Shown here one piece after another: positions 43,068 to 55,807 of a stretch of 64,000 nt of DNA. The notes under the pieces are model-generated. The model was not told the origin of the DNA. It saw nothing but the letters and a program-made list of their open reading frames with translations, and ran no database searches. The position numbers and the translations under genes were made by a program. Positions within the stretch are counted from its first letter, which is position 1, and every line of letters begins with the position of its first letter. Source of the DNA: Octopus vulgaris (lineage: Eukaryota); assembly GCA_951406725.2 (NCBI GenBank), contig OX597828.1, positions 47,120,001 to 47,184,000 on the forward strand, given 5' to 3'.

Positions 43068-43477
43068 CGGTGGCTGTGTGGTAAGTAGCTTGCTTACCAA
43101 CCACATGGTTCCGGGTTCAGTCCCACTGCGTAGCATCTTGGGCAAGTATCTTCTGCTATAGCCCCGGGCCGACCAATGCCTTGTGAGTGGATTTGGTAGA
43201 CGGAAACTGAAAGAAGCCTGTCGTACATATGTATATATATGTATATGTATGTATGTGTATGTGTTTGTGTGTCTGTGTTTGTACCCCTAGCATTGCTTGA
43301 CAACCGATGCTGGTGTGTTTACGTCCCTGTCACTTAGCGGTTCGGCAAAAGAGACCGATAGAATAAGTACTGGGCTTACAAAGAATAAGTACCGAGGTCG
43401 ATTTACTCGACTAAAGGCGGTGCTCCAGCATGGCCGCAGTCGAATGACTGAAACATGTAAAAGAGTAAAAGAGTAAA
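43068..43477 (+). mobile_element. SINE-A, near full length
   Basis: Consensus match. Confidence 0.9.
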
Positions 43478-43542
43478 TACTACAAGGTGAAATTTATTGA
43501 TTTTATTAAATTAATTATATTTCACCCTATATCTGAAATGAT

Positions 43543-43601
<59 letters not shown>

Positions 43602-43869
43602 AAGTATATATTTATTTCTCATTCAACTTGTAATTTAGTAGTGCAACAGTGAGAACAATACCGCAGCGACATCAAGTTTCACCGCAGACACAGCATAATG
43701 TTTTAAACATTCGAGCATGTTCGGTGCATTGCATCTTTCGCTTTCTGAACGTTGTTAACGATTTGTAATTTTTCATCGATTGTATTTTCAATAATTGCCT
43801 TCCTTCCAAAACTGATTGATAGATAGGTAAATATTATATATAAATGCATGAAGAACAAGTACTCTGCTT

Positions 43870-44325
43870 CTAATGCTGGTGGTATTGTGATGCGCAACAA
43901 GGGAACAAATGCAACAAGGCATCTGTTGTCACTGTTGCGCCCCTGATCAGCCCGAATTGGGCAGGTTTGCATGCGGCACCTTCATCAAGCTGACTTTTTG
44001 TATATCTAAATCTATATGATGGAATATTTCCTTCCTGGCGTTAGTAAACTGTGTTTGTAATGAAGAATCGTGACTTCTTTTTTATCTGCTAAAGAAACAT
44101 CCTAAAAGTGATTACGCACTGTCTTGTGCAAACTTTCTTTCTGGGGCTGATTGTATGACACTTCAGTGAACCCCATACTACGTTGCAAAACAGAAGCCTA
44201 TCTTGGCACTCACTGGATGTATGCTTGATGGTTCATTCCTCAAATTTCCAGAAAACTGATGCATATTCAGAAGCGGCATATCTTGACATATTTCAAAAAA
44301 GTTGCAGTGGGTTATGAAACGTCAC
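43870..44325 (+). pseudogene. Possible highly decayed mariner transposase remnant
   Basis: Scattered frames give DQPELGR (cf. DxxRSGRP), MYA*WFIP (cf. CARWVP) and KKVAVGYET (cf. RIVTGDET) in the expected order. Confidence 0.35.
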
Positions 44326-44443
44326 ACGCGAATGTGGCCTGATTATATTGTATCATGAATTCACCAATTGAAAATGTAGCGCTTTAACATTCCGCTCATG
44401 AAGTCTACACCACATTTTACGAATTTAAATTACTTTGAACATA

Positions 44444-44614
44444 GGCGCAGGAGTGGCTGTGGGGTAAGTAGTTTGTTTACCAACCACATGGTTCCGGGTT
44501 CAGTCCCACTGCGTGGCACCTTGGGCAAGTGTCTTCTACTTTAGCCCCGGGCTGACCAAAGCCTTGTGAGTGGATTTGGTTGACGGAAACTGAAAGAAGT
44601 CCGTCGTATATATG

Positions 44615-44647
<33 letters not shown>

Positions 44648-44862
44648 TTGTATGTCTGTGTTTGTCCCCCTAGCATTGCTTGATAACCGATGCTGGTGTG
44701 TTTACGTCCCCGTCACTTAGCGGTTCGTCAAAAGAGACCGATAGAATAAGTACTGGGCCTACAAAGAATAAGCCCCGGGGGTCGATTTGCTCGACTAAAG
44801 GCGGTGCTCCAACATGGCCGCAGTCAAATGACTGAAACAAGTAAAAGAGTAAAAGAGAGTAA
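44444..44862 (+). mobile_element. SINE-A full length
   Basis: Consensus match. Confidence 0.92.
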
Positions 44863-45126
44863 GCAAGGAAGAATAGAAGAAGGAAAGAGAGAGAGAGAGA
44901 GAGACAGTCAGCCTGACACACACACACACACACACAGACAGTGAGGGGTGGTAGAATGAGGAGGTGAGTGAGAGTGAAATGCGAGAGAGTAAAAGAGAAA
45001 GAGTGAGAGAGAGAGAGAAAGAGAACGAAAGACACTGACAGTGTGTTTTTGGTTCGAATACGTCTATGGAATTTCAAATCAATATAAACATTAACCTAAC
45101 AGGGAAACAATGAGCTTTCTTCTTCT

Positions 45127-45158
<32 letters not shown>

Positions 45159-45195
45159 TTCTTCTTCTTCTTCTTCTTCTACCTATTATTATTAC

Positions 45196-45262
<67 letters not shown>

Positions 45263-45574
45263 GGGGAGATTTTCATTGTTATAATCTTTCGTTGTTTAAA
45301 CTGTTCCTTTACTCGATTTTACAAACGGACAGAACCCTTTGTAACTTTTCATCCTGTTTTGTCCCTTTATGTGATAATTGATTTTTGTCAGCCCTTGTGG
45401 CCAATAAAAAAGTTTATTGTTATTATTATTATTATTATTATTATTCCACCGAGGGCTGCTAAGCCTTTCATCCTTTCGGGGTCGATTAAATAAGTACCAG
45501 TTACGCACTGGGCTCGATGTAATTGACTTAATCAGTTACTCTTAATTTCAGGCCTTGTGCCTACAGTAGAAAGG

Positions 45575-45636
<62 letters not shown>

Positions 45637-45663
45637 CATCATCATCATTGTTATTATTATTAT

Positions 45664-46218
45664 TGAGTGAGAGAGCAGTTCATGCCATCAAAGTGACACT
45701 GGGGTAAAATATACGAAGCCCAATATACCCATCATGACTACCCGTCTGATAAGGGTACACCAAGCACATGCATCACAACCAAATGTGCGCGATATAGTGA
45801 TCTCATATCAAGATAAACAGCACATGACCTTGCAGGTGGGGCCCAGTTAGAATTTTCTTCAGGTTGAGTAGCCCATCCCGCTCAAAAGGTCCCTGAATAA
45901 GGGTTGTTTAAGGATGTTGAAAAAACCACCCATGTTTCCAAAGGTGAATTATTCAAACCCCAAAGAATCCCTCTCAACACATGGCTATGATGCTCCCCCA
46001 CTACTTCTGCTCGTGATTAGAGATGCACATATCGTTAGCCACTAAGGGACATGCTCAACTGGTTAAGGTCAAACAACTGATAAGCAAATCTGTGGTACTG
46101 AGCAGAATATTTGCTGTAGCCCATCTTTTATACCAAGACAAAACAATGTACATGATAACACTTCCAATCAGTTAAGATCAGAAGCCATGAGAGCCACTGC
46201 CTGGTACTGCATCCGGGC

Positions 46219-46220
<2 letters not shown>
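45664..46220 (-). mobile_element. Family E retroposon, full length, embedded in (AAT)n
   Basis: Minus strand starts ATGCCCGGATGCAGTACCAGGCAGTGG and ends CTCTCTCACTC-(AAT)n; second copy at 5490-5961. Confidence 0.8.
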
Positions 46221-46255
<35 letters not shown>

Positions 46256-46311
46256 GTTGTTGTTGTTGTTGTTGTTATTGTTGTTGTTGTTGTTGTTGTT
46301 TTTGTTGCTGC

Positions 46312-46360
<49 letters not shown>

Positions 46361-46367
46361 ATTATTA

Positions 46368-46449
46368 AGGCGACGAGCTGGCAGAATCGTTAGCACGCCG
46401 AGTGAAATGCTTAGCGGCATTTCGTCCGTTTCTACAGAAGAAGAATAGA

Positions 46450-46490
<41 letters not shown>

Positions 46491-46760
46491 GACAGACAGA
46501 CAGATAGACAGGCATATAGACAGACAAACAGACAGAAGCTGACAGACAGGCATACAGACAGATAGAGAGGGATGGTAGAAGGAGGATGTGGCTACGTTCT
46601 GAGTTCAAATCCCACCAAGGCCGACTTTACCTTTCATCCTTTCGGGGTCGATCAAATAACTACCAGTTACGCACTGGGGTCGAGGTAATCAACTAGCTCC
46701 TCCACGCCCCCCCCCCCCCCAAAATGTCACGCCTTGTGCTTGTAGTAGGAAGGATTATTA
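46368..46760 (+). mobile_element. SINE-B interrupted by (GA)n/(GACA)n
   Basis: Head at 46368-46430; body resumes at about 46590. Confidence 0.8.
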
Positions 46761-47783
46761 TTATTATTGTTGTTGTTCTTGTGATACTTCCAATTGTCTG
46801 TCCTTGTAATGTTCCCCTCAACGATACTCCTCAGGCTAATAAAAGAAATAATTATTAGGATTATTATTGTTGTAGTTGTTATTATTATTATTATTATTTG
46901 ACAGTGTTAGTACACCAGTTGAAGAAGATATAAACTTGCTGTTACACATTCCGGAGACGAATGACAAAATAAAATATATAAATATAAATATAAATAACAA
47001 TAAAATTCTCCTTGAAGCAATCTGATTGGTCAATTGACACACTTAAAACCTAGAGAACATGTTGCAATCGTTTGGACGGCAAATCCAGTGGGAAATGTGT
47101 TTTTGTTGATTGATAAATATCATCTAGATATTGTCAAAATGGCGACATGTTTGGTGACGTTTTGATGAGGTAGAAAGAAGTAAGAGAGAAAGAGAGAAAG
47201 AGATAGAGAGGGGATAAGGGAAGAGTGTGTAGGGGCAAATATAAGTCGGTTCGTGTACGTGTGTGTGTGTGTTTGTGTGTACGTGTCTGTGTTTGTATGT
47301 ATGTATGTATGTATGTATGTATGTATGTATGTGCATGCGTGCGTTTTGTGCGTATGAGTGTGTGTTCAAGATGAAGCAGGATCGAGAAACATTGTTTAAT
47401 TAGCACTCCAGCCATGTTTAAAATCTTCCCTGTATTCAGTTGATGGTTAGACATGACGGCGGCGGTGGTGGCAGAGATAGCGGCGATGGCGGCAGTGGTG
47501 GAGATGTTAGAGGTGGTGGTGGTGGTGGCGGCGGTGGAGTTGTTAGTGGTGGTGGTGGCGGCGGCGGCGGCGGCGGCGGTGGTGGTGGTGATATTTTGAG
47601 TGGAGATGATATGGTTTTGTGTAAGAGGCGATTGTAAACGGTGCTGATGGTGTTGGGTGGCATCACGTGACGAAAGTTTATGGGATACGATGCAACACTT
47701 CAAATTCACGGACTCACACACACGCATACATATATAATCGTGTATGTGTATTCTTATATATATATGTATATATGTATATATGT

Positions 47784-48057
47784 GGAGGCGCAATGGCCAG
47801 TGGTTAGGGCAGCGGACTCGCGGTCGTAGGATCGCGGTTTCGATTCCCAGACTGGGCATTGTTAGTGTTTATTGAGCGAAAACACGTAAAAGCCCCACGA
47901 GGCTCCCTGCTGTACTCTTTCACCACTCTTTCTTCTGTTGGCCTGCTCGCTTAGCCAGCGGGGTGGCGTCATTCGAAGGCTAAAACAATGCGAACGCATT
48001 GTGACCAGCGATGTGTAACTACATCTGATGGACTGGTCGGTCACGTGATCACGTGAT
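47784..48057 (+). mobile_element. SINE-C full length, long-tail variant
   Basis: tRNA-like head; ends TCACGTGATCACGTGAT. Confidence 0.88.
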
Positions 48058-48060
48058 ATG

Positions 48061-48091
<31 letters not shown>

Positions 48092-48581
48092 ATACACACA
48101 TACACGCACGCACACATTCTTTTATTCTTTTAGTTGTTTCAGTCGTTTGATTGCTGCCAAGCTGGAGCACCGCCTTTTAATCGAACAAATCGACCCCACG
48201 AATTATTGTTTGTAAGCCTGGTACTTATTCTATCGGTCCCTTTTGCCGAACCGCTACGTTACGGGGACGCAAACACACCATCATCGGTTACCAAGTGATG
48301 GGGGAGGGGACAAACACAGACACAAAGACACACAAACATATATACATATATACGTTTGGCACCAGCTTGGTTGCAGGAGCTGCTAGAAGAGTGTCGAGTC
48401 GAACACTAAACCGCCTACGGGGCTAGACGAAGATTGTCTCCTTCCATAACCCTGGATAGGGGCCCATACTGGGTACTGTCAGCCGGAACCAGCTGAGTCC
48501 GGGACTCGTGTTAGGCAGGGTCGTCACTCCCTGAAGAAGGGAAGAAAATCGCTACCCACTACTTAAATATATATATATATA

Positions 48582-48990
48582 TGTGGCTGTGTGGTAAGTA
48601 GCTTGCTTACCAACCACGTGGTTCCGGGTTCAGTCCCACTGCGTGACATGTTGGGCAAGTGTCTTCTGCTATAGCCTCGGGCCGACCAATGCCTTGTGAG
48701 TGGATTTGGTAGACGGAAACTGAAAGAAGCCTGTCGTATATATGTATATATATATGTATGTATGTATGTGTGTGTATATGTTTGTGTGTCTGTGTTTGTC
48801 CCCCTAGCATTGCTTGACAACCGATGCTAGTGTGTTTACGTCCCCGTCACTTAGCGGTTCGGCAAAAGAGACGATAGAATAAGTACTGGGCTTACAAAGA
48901 ATAAGTCCCGGGGTCGATTTGCTCGACTAAAGGCGGTGCTCCAGCATGGCCGCAGTCAAATGACTGAAACAAGTAAAAGAGAGTAAAGAA
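48582..48990 (+). mobile_element. SINE-A
   Basis: Consensus match. Confidence 0.9.
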
Positions 48991-48995
48991 TATAT

Positions 48996-49115
<120 letters not shown>

Positions 49116-49549
49116 GCACACACAGTGATAAACAAACACGCACACCTATATAGAACATGACATTTATGGACACTTCAGATGAAGTGGACCTTTCTGGTGA
49201 AGTGTGCAGGGGCCCGCTTGATCACGTCTGACGTGGAACAAACACAACAAAATTGAATAACAGTATTGTAATAACGTGGTAGCAGCTGTTTAATTAGGGA
49301 TAGTCATTAGGCCAATATCATTAAAACACGCACTGGTTTAATTCCATTCCTTTATTATTAGTGAATTGGTTAAATATCCAACTAACGAATCGATGGGTTT
49401 TTTTTCAATTTGCTTAAACAAAAAATTCGATTTAGTTAGATGGATATTTAACCAAATATTTGTTTTCACAGACGAATACACATAAAGAATCTAGCAAACC
49501 AGATACAAAACGAAGGTTGTTAAAATGTAAATCTATTACGTCGTATGAC

Positions 49550-50339
49550 TAGTTTCAGTCATTGGACTACGGCCATATTGGGGTACCGCCTTTAGGAGTT
49601 GAACAAATAGACCTCAGGACTTATTCCATAGATTCCTTTGCTGAACTGTTTACTTAAGGGAGCATAAACAAACCAGCACCGATTGTCGAGAGGTGGGAGA
49701 TAAATACAAACACATACAGACAAACACACTTACATACATATAAACATATGCAAACGCATACACACACACAAATATGCACATACATACACAGACACACACA
49801 CACACACACACACATGCACATATATACGCAAACACGCGCACACATACACAAGCATACATGTATACCCGACTGGCTTCCATTAAGTTTCTGTCTACCAACT
49901 TCACTCATAAGGTAGACGGTTTGGGGTTATAGTGGAGGATACATGCATATGATGCTGCAATGGGACTGAACCTGAAACCAGAAGGTTTGCATGACTGCAA
50001 AGCGATCTTCTTAACCACTCAGCCGTGTCTGTCTCGACACAGCCACAATTATCTTTTACCTTTCACTTGTTTCAGTCATTACATTGCGGCCATACCGGAG
50101 CACCGCCTTTAGTCGAGCAAATCGTCTCCAGGACGTATTCTTTGTAAGCCTAGTACTTATTCTATCTGTGTCTTTGGCCGAACCGTTAAGTTACGGGGAT
50201 GTAAACACACCAGCATCGGTTGTCAAGCGACGTTGGGAGGACCAAACACAGACACACAAACACACACACACACACACATACACACACAGACAAACACACT
50301 CACATACACATACAAACACTCACATACACACACACACAC

Positions 50340-50394
<55 letters not shown>

Positions 50395-50825
50395 CATATA
50401 TACGACGGGCTTCTTTCAGTTTCCGTCTACCAAATCCACTCACAAGGCTTTGGTTGGCCCGAGGCTATAGTAGTAGACACTTGCCCAAGGTGCCACGTAG
50501 TGGGACTGAACTCGGAACTATGTGGTTCGTAAGCAAGCTACTTACCATACAGCCATTCCTGTGTGAATATCATCCGGTCGGTACTTATGTGCCAAGTTTG
50601 ATATTACATAATAGTGTTGTGTATGTGTATACATACATACTTATATATATGTGTGTGGGGGGGGGGTGACGGACTTCAATCCTTTTTCGCCAACCAAATC
50701 CACTCACTAGCATTTGGTCGGCCCGAGGCTGTAATAGAAGACCTTTGCTCAGGGTGCCTTGCAATGGGGTTCAACACGGAACCATGTGGCTGCGAAGCAT
50801 GCTTCCTACTAGACAGCTACGCCTG
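49550..50825 (-). mobile_element. Cluster of three SINE-A copies (49550-50030, 50052-50560, 50665-50825)
   Basis: Consensus matches of differing divergence. Confidence 0.8.
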
Positions 50826-51074
50826 TTAATCAAACATTGTGTAAGATTTGTGGTAACTTAGTTGAGATGCGGCAAAAGAATTGTGGAAATACTGCTTAAA
50901 GTGTTGGAGACGTCATCGTCATTGTAATGTTGGTAGGGGTGGGTGTGATTGTAGTTTGTGGTACTGTGGTACTGGTGGTGGTGGTGGTCATGGTTGAGGT
51001 GATGTGAAGAGCTCGTGTCAGTGATGGTGTGATGGAGGTAGCGTTTCAATGGTGAATTGAGATAGTTTTATTAT

Positions 51075-51191
51075 TGGTGGTGCTGGTGGTGCTGGTGGTA
51101 GTGGTGGTGGTGCTGGTGCTGGTGCTGGTGGTGGTGGCGGTGGTGCTGGTGGTGGTGGTGGTGGTGGTGGTGGTGGTGGTGGTGGTGGTGG

Positions 51192-51222
<31 letters not shown>

Positions 51223-51565
51223 ACTGGTACTGGTGCTGGTGGTGGCGGCGGTGCTGGTAGTGGCGGTGGTGCTGGTGGTGGGGTCGATAGTGTTGATGGC
51301 TTTGGATGGGGGGATTGATGATAGTGGTGATGGTGGTGACTGCGGTGGTGGTGGGTAGAGGTAGCAATGGTGGTGGCTGTGGTGACGGTGTGGTGATGAT
51401 GGCGGTGATGGCGGCGGTGATAGGGCGATGGTGGTGGTGGTGGTAACGATGGTGGTGGTGGTGGTGGTGGTTGTGATGGAAAATGGCGTTGGTGGTGATG
51501 GTAGTGGTGGTGGTGGTGGTGGGAAAATGGCGTTGGTAGAGATGATGGTAATGGTGTTTTTGGTG
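51075..51565. repeat. (GGT)n-rich low-complexity tract
   Basis: Direct reading. Confidence 0.92.
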
Positions 51566-51814
51566 GTAATAATAGGATTTACTGATTGAAAAGTATACGT
51601 GAGCTTATGTGTGTGAGTGCATGTGTTTCGGTTTATGCGTGCGTTTATGTGCGTTTGTGTGTGTGTGTCTGCGTTTACGTCTGCGTGAGTATTTGTCTGC
51701 TTCTCTGTATAATTGTATGTGTGTATGCGTTTGTATGCGTTTGTATGGATTTGCACTTACGTTTGTGTGTATGTATGTATGTATGTATATGTGTGTGTAT
51801 CTGTTTGTATGTGT

Positions 51815-52125
51815 CTTTATGTTTGCGTGTTGTTTCATGATTGTTTCTCTGCATGTGTGTGTGTATGTGTGTGCGTGTGTGTAAGCGTGTGTATGCGCGT
51901 GTGTGTGTATGCGTGTGTGTGTGTGTGTGTGTGTATCTGTTTGTCTTTGTTTGCGTGTTGTTTGTTTCATGATTGTTTCTCTGCATGTATGTGTGCGTGT
52001 GTGTATGCGTGTGTATGCTATGCGTGTGTGTGTGTGTGTATGCGTGTGTGTGTGTGTGTGTGCGTGTGTGTGTGTGTGTCCTTGTTTGCGTGTTGTTTCA
52101 TGATTGTTTCTCTGCATGTGTGTGT
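51815..52125. repeat. Three copies of TGTTTGCGTGTTGTTTCATGATTGTTTCTCTGCATG spaced by (TG)n
   Basis: Copies at about 51820, 51948 and 52083. Confidence 0.85.
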
Positions 52126-52146
52126 GCGTGTGTGTACGTGTGTGCA

Positions 52147-52202
<56 letters not shown>

Positions 52203-52811
52203 CCAGGAGCCGACATACAACGGCGAGGTAAAAAGCTGCAGGGCCAGCTGTATTTCCTAGAGCAAACCCAGCTTGTGGTGGTTGCCGTCATTCTCAGGCT
52301 GGCTCCCCAAGACCCGATCAAATAATACAAAGTTTGAATGTGTGTGTATATGTGTACACGTGTGTGTGTGCGTGTGTACGTGTGTGTATTGTATTGCATT
52401 GTATTTTACACACACACACACACACACACATATGTATATGATACATATACGCACATATATACCTATAAAGATATGTATGTCTGTATATATGTATGCGTGC
52501 GTATTTGTGAAATATGTGTGTTTGTGTAAAATATGTGCGAGTATACACCCACACACATATATATACTCATTGTTGTAGACATTGTCTTATTGTATGTATA
52601 CATATAGATATATATATATACGAGTGCGTGTGCATGCACGTAATACACACACAGACACACATACATATATGTGTGTGTATATATATATATATATATATAC
52701 AGACACACAAACATATATGTGTGTGTGTGAACAATAAGACAACGTCTACAACAACAACAACGGCATTATGATACAACACTGATATTTCAAACGATTACAA
52801 ACAGAATGTTC

Positions 52812-52849
<38 letters not shown>

Positions 52850-52977
52850 CCAGTAGTAGTGCCAGTAGTGGTGGTGGTGATGGGTGTAGTAGTAATAGTA
52901 GTAGTGGTGGTGGTGGTGGTGGTAGTGGTGGTGGTGGTGGTGGTAGTAATAACAGTAGTAGTAGTGGTAGTGGTGGT

Positions 52978-53024
<47 letters not shown>

Positions 53025-53260
53025 TGCGCCAGAAGTGGTGTTGGTGTTGGTTGTAGTAGTAGTAGTTGTGCCAGTAGTGATGGTGGTGATGGTGGGTGTA
53101 GTAGTAGTAGTTGTAGTAGTAGTGGTGGTGGTGATGGTGGGTGTAGTAGTAGTCGTAGTATTTGTAGTAGTAGTTGTGCCAGTAGTGGTGGGATTGTTGG
53201 TTGTAGTAGTAGTAGTATTTGTAGTAGTAGTAGTATTAGTAGTAGTAGCAGCAGCAGCAG
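52812..53260. repeat. (AGT)n/(GGT)n tract
   Basis: Direct reading. Confidence 0.95.
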
Positions 53261-54403
53261 TGGGATATGCAGCCAGATATCTTCCAAGGTGGGGATATAA
53301 TATGAAGTTAATGTCTGATTGCCAATCGGTTAAGTGCGATACACTAAGGCTGAAACTTCGACACTGGTGGAGGAATGGCTGGTGGTAGAGAAAAGAAATC
53401 AGCAAATCACCGAATTAAAAATGACTTACATTACTTATTTAATTAATTAACGTTCCTTCTGTCCTTTGAGAGAGAAATCTTTCTGGAAGGATTCTCATAG
53501 ACTTCCAGTTTTCTTTGTCACAATGCGCTTTGCATTGTTTTAGCTTTCAAATGATGCCACCCCGCTGGCTAGGTGGGTAGGCAAACATTCCCACCGATCG
53601 AAAGGCTAGTCCGTCGTAGGGTCACCCATCTACAGCTGAGGGGTCTGCAGCAATAGGAAATGAAGTGTTTTACTGAAGAACATAACGCGCCGCTCGGCAT
53701 GAGAATCGAAACCACAATCTCTTGACCGCAACACCCTAACCACGCGCCTAATGATTTAAAATATATACTAGCAATGAAGTATTGGGATCGATCTAATGGG
53801 TGCCTTCTCGCATTTTACGTAATGAAGAATCATGTTCCGATATAGGAAACTAATATTTGAGTTGCAGAGGGTGGTAGTAATATCGTTGAAATGCCGGACA
53901 AAATATTTTGCACCATTTCCTCCGACGCTTTAGAATCTCGTTCAGATTCCATCAAAATTTCTGTTTTGCCTTTCATCCTTTTGGATAAAGTACCAGTCAA
54001 GCACTGGAATCAATGTAATAGATTAACCTCCTTCCCTCAAAACTACCGATCTTGTCCTTAAATGAAAAACCATTTTTAGAACTTTAGAGGGTGAGGAATT
54101 TAACAACTCTTTACGTCCTGTTTCTTCCGACTCTAATTGGTATTTCTTCTGGCTTTACATTCTGAGTTCAAATCCCGCTGTGTTCTACTTTGCCTTTCAT
54201 CTATTCGGGGTCGATAAAATAAAGTACCAGTCGAGGTGCAAACGACAAACCACATCTCAAATTTGTTCCCGTGTGCCAAAATTAGAAACCATTTCTAGAG
54301 CAATGGAATTAATCCGTAACAATCTCTAATTGCGATCCTTTACATTCTAATTTCAAGACAAGACACGTCTTGCCTTTATCTTTAATCATTCTGATATTAA
54401 TCA

Positions 54404-54635
54404 GGGCGGCGAGCTGGCAGAAAGGTTAGCACGCCGGGCGAAATGCGTAGCCGTATTTCGTCTGTCGTTACGTTCTGAGTTCGAATTCCGCCGAGGTCAA
54501 CTTTGCCTTTCATCCTTTCGGGGTCGATAAATAAAGTACCAGTTTCCCACTGGGGTCGACGTAATCGACTTAATTCCTTTGTCTGTCGTTGTTTGTCTCC
54601 TCTATGTTTAGCCCCATGTGGGCAGTAAAGAAATA
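54404..54635 (+). mobile_element. Young SINE-B with 17-bp TSD
   Basis: CATTCTGATATT(A/C)ATCA at 54387-54403 and 54636-54652; older SINE-B relics lie at 53870-54300. Confidence 0.92.
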
Positions 54636-55117
54636 CATTCTGATATTCATCAAATAGCTATCAGTTATTTGATTATAGTCGAATTATATTGGCTATGATC
54701 CTTCCCTGTAAATTTATGATTGTGCTAATGAAAGAAACGCTAAAGAAACGCTAATGTTATTAAGCTTCTATCTTTGCTATTAAGTCAACCTCAAAATTGT
54801 TTTACTCTCCATATAATTCCCAGTGGATAATCCGTGATCATAATATCATATCATTCTTTATGTTCTTTTTTATCTAATTTTTATCTATTCACTTATCATA
54901 CATGCAACATTTCTATCTTTTTCTCTTTCTCTTTTTATTTTTACTTTACGTTCAACATAAAGAAAATTCGGTCGGTTTCGATTTTACTGAAGATTTTGTA
55001 TAGTTTGTTCCTCAGACTTCTTTTTGTTTCTAAACTATCGTGTTATGAACTTAACCCCTTAATCAGGGAGAGAAGGGTAGCACCTCTTGCCTTTTATTTA
55101 TTTACTTATTTTGTCAG

Positions 55118-55292
55118 AGCGTTCAAGACTGGAAGAAAAGGATGAATTAAACTTCAGACTGGAGGCTTGCTCTGAATACGTAAAACAGCGTGAACGCCGT
55201 TTACAGCACACAAGGTCGAGGTCACGCAACTCAGTATCCAAGAGGAAGCAAGTGGCAGCATTCAAAATCCAATTGATGGCACTTCACATATG
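55118..55292 (+). other. Candidate orphan exon (175 nt)
   Basis: U-rich tract plus CAG acceptor at 55115-55117, strong G|GTGAGT donor at 55293, one open frame; no recognised homology. Confidence 0.3.
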
Positions 55293-55807
55293 GTGAGTAA
55301 AAGCCATTTAAGGGTTTCGGCCTTCAAGGTTTAAAAGGACACAACAACAGCAACTAATTATGGCAGTTTCTGGTTCACATAAATCGATTCATTATCATTG
55401 ACAGGAAGTAACCAAGTGATTCAAAAGCTCCTTCTCCCACCCTCAATTAGCGGAAACAATGAGAATTCCCACCACCACTAGTAACTACAACAACAGTAGG
55501 AAGTAAATCACCATGAAGTATTCCTCATAGAAGTACCACCCCATCTACTAATGAAAATGGAAACCAAACGAAGACGGAAGGAGTTTGGGTGACATGTTCA
55601 TGGGCAGTGGAGTAATGTTATGAGGTCTAGACTGTCCCAAACTGTTGACATTGATGTAGCTAATGATCAGTCTGAACGAGTACATATCGGCGTTTCCAGG
55701 GATCATGGGGCCGGAAAGGAACTGACGATCCGAACTGAGTATCTGCGACAATACTTAGAATTTGCTTCACTTGCACCCACGATTATTCCAGTATACATAC
55801 AATCATG

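Noticed and set aside
47166-47190. TGAGGTAG let-7 seed
   Set aside because: The rest does not match let-7 and there is no precursor hairpin
48355-48560. GC-rich segment resembling an RTE-LINE 5'UTR with an HDV-like ribozyme
   Set aside because: The nested double pseudoknot could not be built by eye; left unassigned
52255-52297. SECIS-like AUGAC...AA on the minus strand
   Set aside because: The 3' NGAN quartet half is missing
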